13,761 nt of DNA from positions 1 to 13,761 of the forward strand of contig JAVVFY010000012.1 in assembly GCA_032249395.1 (NCBI GenBank), written 5' to 3'. This document shows, piece after piece, positions 7,773-13,761 of this stretch. The DNA is from Candidatus Aenigmatarchaeota archaeon (lineage in GTDB: Archaea > Aenigmatarchaeota > Aenigmatarchaeia > CG10238-14 > SpSt-28). Made by a program: the position numbers and the translations under genes. Below the pieces are notes generated by a model. That model did no database searches. It saw only the letters and a program-made list of their open reading frames with translations, and was not told where the DNA came from. Position 1 is the stretch's first letter; each line of letters begins with the position of its first letter.

Positions 7773-8186
7773 ATGAAGGTTTTTCAAAAAGAAATAAAAG
7801 TAAGGACAAAGGGGGCAAATTATTTTATTGATATTACCAAAGAAGTTGAAGAAATCGTTAAGGAATCAAAAGTTAATAATGGAGTTGCGGCTTTGAATTC
7901 ACTTCACAATACTGCTTGTTTGATAATACAAGAAAATGATGAAACTATTTTTGAAGATATGAAAAAGTTTTTTGATAAAATTTTGCCTTTAAATGAAAAA
8001 TATAGTCATAGCTATGAAGGAAGCTTGAATGCAACAGCTCATTTAAAATCAAATTTACTCTCACAATCAATAACAATTCCAATAAAAAATGGAAGTCTTG
8101 TCCTTGGAACATGGCAAAGAATAATATTTGTTGAGTTATTTGAACCAAGAGAAAGAACAGTTTTTGTTACAATATTGGGTGAGTGA
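7773..8186 (+). CDS. yjbQ: YjbQ / UPF0047 family protein
   Basis: IDIT..V, HNTACLIIQEN, NATAHLKS and LGTWQRIIFVEL motifs; 137 aa. Confidence 0.92.
   Translation: MKVFQKEIKVRTKGANYFIDITKEVEEIVKESKVNNGVAALNSLHNTACLIIQENDETIFEDMKKFFDKILPLNEKYSHSYEGSLNATAHLKSNLLSQSITIPIKNGSLVLGTWQRIIFVELFEPRERTVFVTILGE
8178..8182 (+). promoter_or_regulatory. Shine-Dalgarno-like GGTGA before the helicase gene
   Basis: GGTGA ends 4 nt before ATG 8187. The same motif with the same spacing (10357-10361) precedes the TTG start at 10366. Confidence 0.55.
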
Positions 8187-9710
8187 ATGCAGTTAAAAAA
8201 TATAGAGCTAAGAGAATATCAAAAAAACATAGCTAACACTTGTTTGAAAGGCAATACTTTGGTTGTTTTGCCAACCGGCCTAGGGAAAACTATAATTGCA
8301 ATTTACGTTGCAGTTAAAAGAATGGAACAATTTCCAGATGGTAAGGTATTGTTCATGGCTCCTACTAGACCATTAAATGCACAACATGTTAAATCTTTTC
8401 TTCAATTTACAGATTTAAGTAGCAACGAAGTTGTTTTAATAACAGGGAAGATAAAGCCAGAAAAAAGAATTGAGTTGTACAAGAAAGCAAGAGTTATAGT
8501 TGCTACTCCACAAACAATAGCAAACGATTTAAGAGAAAATAGAATACAACTAGAAAATTTCGTTCTTGCGGTTTTTGATGAGGCACATAGAGCTGTCAAA
8601 GATTATTCATATACTGAAGTTGCAAAAGCATATTTGATACAAGCAAAAAACCCATTGATAATCGGTCTGACAGCTTCTCCAGGCGGAGAGGAGGAAAGAA
8701 TTAATGAAGTGATGAAAAATCTTTTTATCAAGTTTGTTGAGATAAGAACAGAAAGTGATCCAGATGTCAGGCCTTATGTTAAGGAAGTAGAAAGAGAATA
8801 TGTTTATGTCGAATTGCCACCCGATTTAGAAGAAATAAGAAAGAAATTGCTAGAAGTTTACGATGAAATTTTAGAATGGTTGAAAGAGCACATGTTCATA
8901 AAATCTAAAGATGTTTCTAAAAAAGAGCTTTTGAATCTCCAAAATTCATTGATAGCTAGTTATGAGAGGGGGATGGAAAATCCAATAAACATTTGGGGAA
9001 TGATAAAAGTTTCGCAAGCTTTGAAAGTATTATATGCTATAGAACTTCTTGAAACTCAAGAAATAAGCGTTTTTGCCGAGTATTTGAGAGAGCTTCAAGC
9101 TAGTAAAAAGAAAGCAGAAAGACTTTTGATAACTCACAAGAATTTCAGAGAAATATTTAGCAAATTAGACGAAATAGAAAAGAAGTATAAGGTACATCCT
9201 AAAATGGAGAAACTGCTTTCGGTAATAAAAGCAATTTTAAAAGAGAATGAAAAAAATAGGGCAATAGTCTTTGCAAATTACAGAGATACTGTTGATAAGA
9301 TAAAGAATTTTCTTTTAGAGAATGGTATAAAAGCAGAAATGTTAGTTGGACAAGCAAAGAAAAGAGGAAAAGGATTGAGTCAGAAAGAGCAAATTGAAAT
9401 TGTTAGGAGATTTGCTAATAACGAATTTAATGTTTTGGTTTGTTCTAGCATTGGCGAAGAAGGACTTGATATAGCTTCAGTTAATTATGCTATATTTTAC
9501 GATGCTGTGCCAAGCGAGATAAGGGCTATACAAAGAAGAGGAAGAGTTGGTAGACAAACTGAAGGAAAGGTAATATTTATTTTGACTAAAGGAAGCAGAG
9601 ATCAAGCTTATTTCTTTTCTTCTTTAATGAAAGAAAAAAAGATGAAAAGAGTGTTGAAAAATATTAGATTTGCTAAGATAAAAAGTAGCTTAATAGATTG
9701 GTTAAAGTGA
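8187..9710 (+). CDS. hef: Hef/FANCM/Mph1-family SF2 DEAH helicase (helicase half of Hef, stand-alone)
   Basis: Q-motif LREYQ, motif I LPTGLGKT, Ia APTRPL, ATPQT, motif II DEAHRA, III TASPG, HPK, VGQA...GLSQKEQ, V SIGEEGLDI and VI IQRRGRVGR. Ends at 507 aa with no nuclease domain. Confidence 0.92.
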   Translation: MQLKNIELREYQKNIANTCLKGNTLVVLPTGLGKTIIAIYVAVKRMEQFPDGKVLFMAPTRPLNAQHVKSFLQFTDLSSNEVVLITGKIKPEKRIELYKKARVIVATPQTIANDLRENRIQLENFVLAVFDEAHRAVKDYSYTEVAKAYLIQAKNPLIIGLTASPGGEEERINEVMKNLFIKFVEIRTESDPDVRPYVKEVEREYVYVELPPDLEEIRKKLLEVYDEILEWLKEHMFIKSKDVSKKELLNLQNSLIASYERGMENPINIWGMIKVSQALKVLYAIELLETQEISVFAEYLRELQASKKKAERLLITHKNFREIFSKLDEIEKKYKVHPKMEKLLSVIKAILKENEKNRAIVFANYRDTVDKIKNFLLENGIKAEMLVGQAKKRGKGLSQKEQIEIVRRFANNEFNVLVCSSIGEEGLDIASVNYAIFYDAVPSEIRAIQRRGRVGRQTEGKVIFILTKGSRDQAYFFSSLMKEKKMKRVLKNIRFAKIKSSLIDWLK

Positions 9711-9714
9711 TTTT

Positions 9715-10365
9715 ATGGAAAAGCAGTTAACTCTCTCAAATAATATTGTTTTTGTAGATTATAGAGAGGAGAAGATCGCAAATTTATTGGAAAAAATGGG
9801 GTGTAAAATTGTAAGAATGAATTTACCAATAGGAGATTTTGTTGTTAATGATGTAGGCATTGAAAGGAAAAGTTTTGAAGATTTCATATCTTCTATTATA
9901 GACGGAAGAATTTTTGAGCAAGCTAATTCATTATCTTCTGCATTCAAAAAACCAATCATTATAGTAGAAGGATTTGGTGTTGTTGAAAGGATTCATGAAA
10001 ATTCTTTTTATGCAACACTTGCTTATATTGTTTCTAAATCTAATGTCACAATTTTCAGAACAAAAAATGAAGAAGAGACAGCGAAGCTGATTTATTGGAT
10101 AGCAAGAAAGGAATTCGAGAATAGCGGAAATGTTGGATTCAAAATTAAAGAAAAGAAAGTTAGCGTTCAAAATATTCAAGAAAGAATATTAGCAGCTTTT
10201 CCAGGAATATCAACAGTATTAAGCAAAAGGATACTAAAAAAGTTTGGTAGTTTGAAGAAATTTTTCAATGCTAGCGAGAAAGAATTGATGGAAGTTGATG
10301 GTATAGGAGAAAAAACTGCCAAAAGGATTAGGAAGATAATAGAGGAGGAGTATAAAGGTGATTGA
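9715..10365 (+). CDS. xpf: XPF/ERCC4-family structure-specific endonuclease with tandem HhH domains
   Basis: VDYRE, GDFVV, IERKSFEDFISSIIDGRIFEQ and IIVEG motifs; HhH motifs FPGISTVLS and VDGIGEKTA. Confidence 0.93.
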   Translation: MEKQLTLSNNIVFVDYREEKIANLLEKMGCKIVRMNLPIGDFVVNDVGIERKSFEDFISSIIDGRIFEQANSLSSAFKKPIIIVEGFGVVERIHENSFYATLAYIVSKSNVTIFRTKNEEETAKLIYWIARKEFENSGNVGFKIKEKKVSVQNIQERILAAFPGISTVLSKRILKKFGSLKKFFNASEKELMEVDGIGEKTAKRIRKIIEEEYKGD

Positions 10366-11409
10366 TTGAGAAGTATAATAGTTGGTTTTGATGCAGGTTT
10401 AAACTCGGCAATTGCTATACTATCTACTGAAGGAGGGTTGTTAAAACTTTCAACTTTTAGAGGATATAACAAAGGATCTATAATTAGAGAAATTTTAAAG
10501 GTTGGAAGACCAATCTTAATTTCCACTGATAAAAAGGAAACACCAAAAGCAGTTAAAGATTTAGCTAGAACTTTTGGTTGTAGAATTTTAAGACCAAAAA
10601 GAGACTTGAGTAGGGAAGAAAAAGAGGAGATTGTAAAAGAATATAAAGAAAAAATAGAGGATACTCATCAATTGGATGCTCTTGCTTCAGCTCTTTTCTC
10701 TTTCAGAAAAATAAGAAGAAAGATAGAGCTCGTGGAAAGGTATCTTAAGGAAAAAAACTTGTTAGAGTATAAAGACGATGTATTATTTTACCTTTTCAGA
10801 CTAAAAGGAACGAATTTAGAGCAGATAATAAAAATGCTTTTAGGTGGTAGCGAACAAGAAAAAGAACAAGTTGAAGCAGTAAAAGAAAGAAGTGGAGAAG
10901 AAATTTTGGCTGAACTCTTAAAAGAGAGAATAGAATTGCAAAGACAATTAAAAAAACTTAAAGATGAGATATCTTTCTATAAAAAACTTAAATTGAAGTT
11001 CGATGAACTATTGGATTACAAAACCAAATTTGAAAAACTAAATTATTATTTCAATTTGTTAAAAGACATAGAAAAAGTAAGAAGCATGCGTTTGCAACCA
11101 GTTTTGAAATTAGAGAAAATTGAAAACTTGGACGAAATAGATGCCTATATAGGATTAGAAGGCCGAATAATTTTTTCTAACGACAAGGAAGCTTTCGGTC
11201 TTTTAAATAAGTATGGAATTAAATGCTTAATGACTGAAGAGTTTTTTGAAAAGCAAATGAAATATCCAATATTGAGAATTGATAAGAATGAGCTAAAGGA
11301 AGTTGGTAACGTTTATGGTATTGAAGAAAAGAAGTTAGATTCTATGTTGAAAGAAGTGTTAAAGGAGGAATTGAAAAGATGGATAGAAGAAGAAAGAGAA
11401 AAGATCTAA
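10366..11409 (+). CDS. DUF460 (COG2433) family protein: RNase H-like N-terminal domain plus coiled coil
   Basis: IIVGFDAGLNSAIAILS..G, GRPILISTD, PKAVKDLARTF, DLSREEK and HQLDALASA match the DUF460 pattern. TTG start directly follows the xpf stop, with GGTGA upstream. Confidence 0.8.
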   Translation: MRSIIVGFDAGLNSAIAILSTEGGLLKLSTFRGYNKGSIIREILKVGRPILISTDKKETPKAVKDLARTFGCRILRPKRDLSREEKEEIVKEYKEKIEDTHQLDALASALFSFRKIRRKIELVERYLKEKNLLEYKDDVLFYLFRLKGTNLEQIIKMLLGGSEQEKEQVEAVKERSGEEILAELLKERIELQRQLKKLKDEISFYKKLKLKFDELLDYKTKFEKLNYYFNLLKDIEKVRSMRLQPVLKLEKIENLDEIDAYIGLEGRIIFSNDKEAFGLLNKYGIKCLMTEEFFEKQMKYPILRIDKNELKEVGNVYGIEEKKLDSMLKEVLKEELKRWIEEEREKI

Positions 11410-11933
11410 TTTTGACATTTCTAGATTTTGTATTGATGCTAAATTTACTTTCGATACCACTTTACGTTTTTATTTTGTTCGGTATTCAGCTAAAATTTCT
11501 TAAGAATTTTGAAGCCTCTCTAGTTTCAAGATTACTGAATTTCCTTGGATTAAATTCAAAGGCAGGGGAAAACTTTATAATAATCGATAATAAAATATAC
11601 GAGATTTCTTGGGATTCGAGTGGGTGGAAAAGCCTATACACACTTTTTGCTTTAATCATATCAACACCAATCTACAACAGAAGAAAACTAAAACCATTGA
11701 TAATTGGCTTATCTTTACTCTTCTTATTCAATATAACGAGAATTGTAACAACAATATATCTTTCTTATAAGCAAATATACTCCTTTGATTTCTTACATCT
11801 TAGTCTGTGGAGATGGGGTTCTATAGGATTCCTGCTTTTTATATGGCTTATATTTTTGTATACCCAAAAAAATAATATTGGAGAAACAAAAAATATAATA
11901 GGTTTTGTATATGGTAGAAGAAGAAAACCTTAA
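11379..11933 (+). CDS. Archaeosortase/exosortase-family membrane protein lacking the catalytic Cys
   Basis: Four to five hydrophobic segments; YEISWDSSG (family I..xC[ST]G), FNITRI (family N..R) and FDFLH (family H) occur in the expected order and spacing. Confidence 0.75.
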   Translation: MDRRRKRKDLILTFLDFVLMLNLLSIPLYVFILFGIQLKFLKNFEASLVSRLLNFLGLNSKAGENFIIIDNKIYEISWDSSGWKSLYTLFALIISTPIYNRRKLKPLIIGLSLLFLFNITRIVTTIYLSYKQIYSFDFLHLSLWRWGSIGFLLFIWLIFLYTQKNNIGETKNIIGFVYGRRRKP

Positions 11934-13371
11934 ATTAAAGTTCTTGGAGCTAGAAAAGAAGTTTGTCGAATTAGAAATGAATGTTTCTAAAATAAATGAG
12001 AGCTTAAAGAAGCTAGAAGCTACAAAATTAAACGAGGTATTGGAAAGATTTGAGGAAATAGAGGATTTGGTGATGATTGAGAATGCTGCTGTAGTCGAGT
12101 TGAAGGAATTATTAGAGGCATCTACTACTGATGAAATTAAGAAAGATATAGAAGCAGTTAAGAAGGATTTTGAGGAAAGAATTAATAACATAAATTCTAC
12201 GCTTTCTTCTTCCTTAAATGAAATTAGAGAAAACCTCGCCAAAATATCTTCAGACACAGAAAAAATAAAGGAATTGGAGCGAAGAATAGAAAAAGTTGAA
12301 TCCAGCTTGGCTTTTATCCCAAAAATTATAGAAGAAGGAGATTTGATAGAAGGGCTTGGTAGAATAGTAAAAATACATGATGAGACTATCGAATCTATAA
12401 AGAGAGAAATAGAGGAAATTAAGGGTTTGAAAGAAAAGATCGAAGAAGAACTTAACAAAAGAATACCATCTTCGCTACTAGAAGATTTTGTTAAACTTGG
12501 AAATGAGTTATCTTTATTAAAAGTAAATGTTTCTTCTCTTTCTAAGCAATTAGATGAGATATATAGAGATGTAAAGCTTCTAAAGCCAGAGATGATTAGA
12601 GAGGCAATATCAAAAATGACTGAATTAAAAGTTGAAACTGAAGAAAGGGTAAAAGAAGTAAACGATTTAATTGCTTCAATTTCTTCACAAAAAGAAGATA
12701 TAAAGAAGATTGGTTTAATAGAGGCAAAGATTAATGATGTTTCTAAGCAAATAAACAGTTTTCTTGCTGAGATAGAGTTTTTGAAAAGTTCAATATCAAA
12801 CTTTTCGACCAAAAAGGAGTTGGAAAAACTTAAAGAAGAAATATCTAGTATTATTTCTAGTTTGGATTCGATGAAAAATCGGTTGGTGAGAAAGGACGAT
12901 TGGGAAAAGTTTGAAAGAGAAATCGCTTCTTTAAAAGAAGATTTATCAAATATGAAATCTGAAGTTAACAAATCAAACTTAGAAATAGATATAATTAGAA
13001 ATTCGTTGCGAACCATATCTACAAAAATTGAAGAAAGAAAGGATGTTCTTACTCAAAAAGATATTGAAAACATCTCAAGGAAATTCGTAAATGTTGAAGA
13101 TTTCTCAGCTTTGTTGATCGACTTCAAAAGATTACAACAAGAATTTGACAAATCTAAACACGATTTAATGAATTCTGTGAACAGAGAAGAAGTTCAATCC
13201 ATACTGAAAGAAGTATCAGCTTTAAAGGAGGAAATTGAAGGTATTAAAAAAGAAATAATACAACCAACTCTCATACAGCAAATTGTAAATAAGATAACTT
13301 TGTTAGAAGCAAAGATAGGTGAGATGGAAAAAAGGTTAGAGGCAAAAATTAGGCCAATAATTCTAGAATAG
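11911..13371 (+). CDS. Long coiled-coil protein of unknown function (no ATPase, signal peptide or TM segment)
   Basis: About 486 aa of E/K/I/L-rich heptads, ending RPIILE. ATG 11911 is preferred over TTG 11905 (AGGT at 11900-11903). Confidence 0.8.
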   Translation: MVEEENLKLKFLELEKKFVELEMNVSKINESLKKLEATKLNEVLERFEEIEDLVMIENAAVVELKELLEASTTDEIKKDIEAVKKDFEERINNINSTLSSSLNEIRENLAKISSDTEKIKELERRIEKVESSLAFIPKIIEEGDLIEGLGRIVKIHDETIESIKREIEEIKGLKEKIEEELNKRIPSSLLEDFVKLGNELSLLKVNVSSLSKQLDEIYRDVKLLKPEMIREAISKMTELKVETEERVKEVNDLIASISSQKEDIKKIGLIEAKINDVSKQINSFLAEIEFLKSSISNFSTKKELEKLKEEISSIISSLDSMKNRLVRKDDWEKFEREIASLKEDLSNMKSEVNKSNLEIDIIRNSLRTISTKIEERKDVLTQKDIENISRKFVNVEDFSALLIDFKRLQQEFDKSKHDLMNSVNREEVQSILKEVSALKEEIEGIKKEIIQPTLIQQIVNKITLLEAKIGEMEKRLEAKIRPIILE

Positions 13372-13385
13372 GTTTGATGGTTTTT

Positions 13386-13761
13386 ATGTCCTACACTTTA
13401 ATCATAGCTGAAAAGCCAAAAGTAGCAAAGAAGATAGCTGAGAGTTTGGCTGAAGGAAAATTAAAAGTTTTTAAGAGAAACGGGGTTGAATATTATTCCT
13501 TTGAAAGAAACGAAAAAACACATATTGTTGTGCCAACAGTCGGTCATCTCTTTAATCTTTCTTCCGTAAGTAAGAAGTGGTTTTATCCTGTTTTTGATTA
13601 TGAATGGAAACCTTCATTCTTGGTAAGTAAGTTTTCTCATTTTTCAAAGAGATATTTTGAAGTTTTAAAGGAACTTGCTTCAAACGCAAGCGAGGTTATA
13701 ATAGCCACAGATTATGATACAGAAGGAGAAGTCATAGGATATAACATTCTTAGATTTTTGT
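13386..13761 (+). CDS. topA: DNA topoisomerase IA (archaeal TopA/Topo III-like), 5' part, runs off the window
   Basis: Manual translation (not in the ORF track): MSYTLIIAEKPKVAKKIA...VVPTVGHLFNL...YPVFDYEW...IIATDYDTEGEVIGYNIL, i.e. a TOPRIM domain. Alternative in-frame ATG at 13377. Confidence 0.95.
   Translation, partial: MSYTLIIAEKPKVAKKIAESLAEGKLKVFKRNGVEYYSFERNEKTHIVVPTVGHLFNLSSVSKKWFYPVFDYEWKPSFLVSKFSHFSKRYFEVLKELASNASEVIIATDYDTEGEVIGYNILRFL

Noticed and set aside
669..10526. Short alternative ORFs (669-956, 1904-2164, 2233-2505, 2692-2880, 2741-2926, 3813-4028, 4274-4483, 4847-5080, 5858-6070, 7945-8148, 8402-8599, 9759-9959, 9931-10179, 10176-10526)
   Set aside because: All lie antisense to well-supported genes and show no recognisable motifs; shadow ORFs.
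11793..13016. 407-aa antisense ORF
   Set aside because: Ser/Phe/Ile/Leu-rich mirror of the GAA/AAA-rich coiled-coil gene on the opposite strand; no motifs.
11911..13371. SMC/Rad50 call, or sortase substrate call, for the coiled-coil protein
   Set aside because: No Walker A/B, signature, hinge or CxxC hook; no signal peptide or C-terminal TM plus basic tail.

Overview
AT-rich, very compact archaeal DNA; gene style and content suggest a DPANN-type (possibly Aenigmarchaeota-like, thermophilic) genome, which is inference. From left to right: the end of a CRISPR array with 30-bp GTTAAAATCAGACTA(A/G)TGTAGGAT(T/C)GAAA(N) repeats and no cas genes in the window; a non-coding region with a nested two-fold-symmetric element (417-555); a free-standing double-motif LAGLIDADG endonuclease gene broken by a +1 frameshift; PEP synthase (ppsA) carrying a 489-aa LAGLIDADG intein in its ATP-grasp domain, with an extra Zn-ribbon insert; diphthine-ammonia ligase; an intron-containing tRNA-Ser(CGA); UMP kinase; an alpha/beta hydrolase; and a tightly coupled ~6-kb operon: yjbQ, Hef/FANCM-type helicase, separate XPF/ERCC4 nuclease, DUF460 (RuvC/RNase H-like), a cysteine-less archaeosortase-like membrane protein, a long coiled-coil protein and the 5' end of topoisomerase IA. 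The most interesting candidates are the Cys-to-Ser sortase and the split-Hef/DUF460/TopoIA operon it sits in, the unusual ppsA intein, and the CRISPR-flanking symmetric element plus frameshifted LAGLIDADG.
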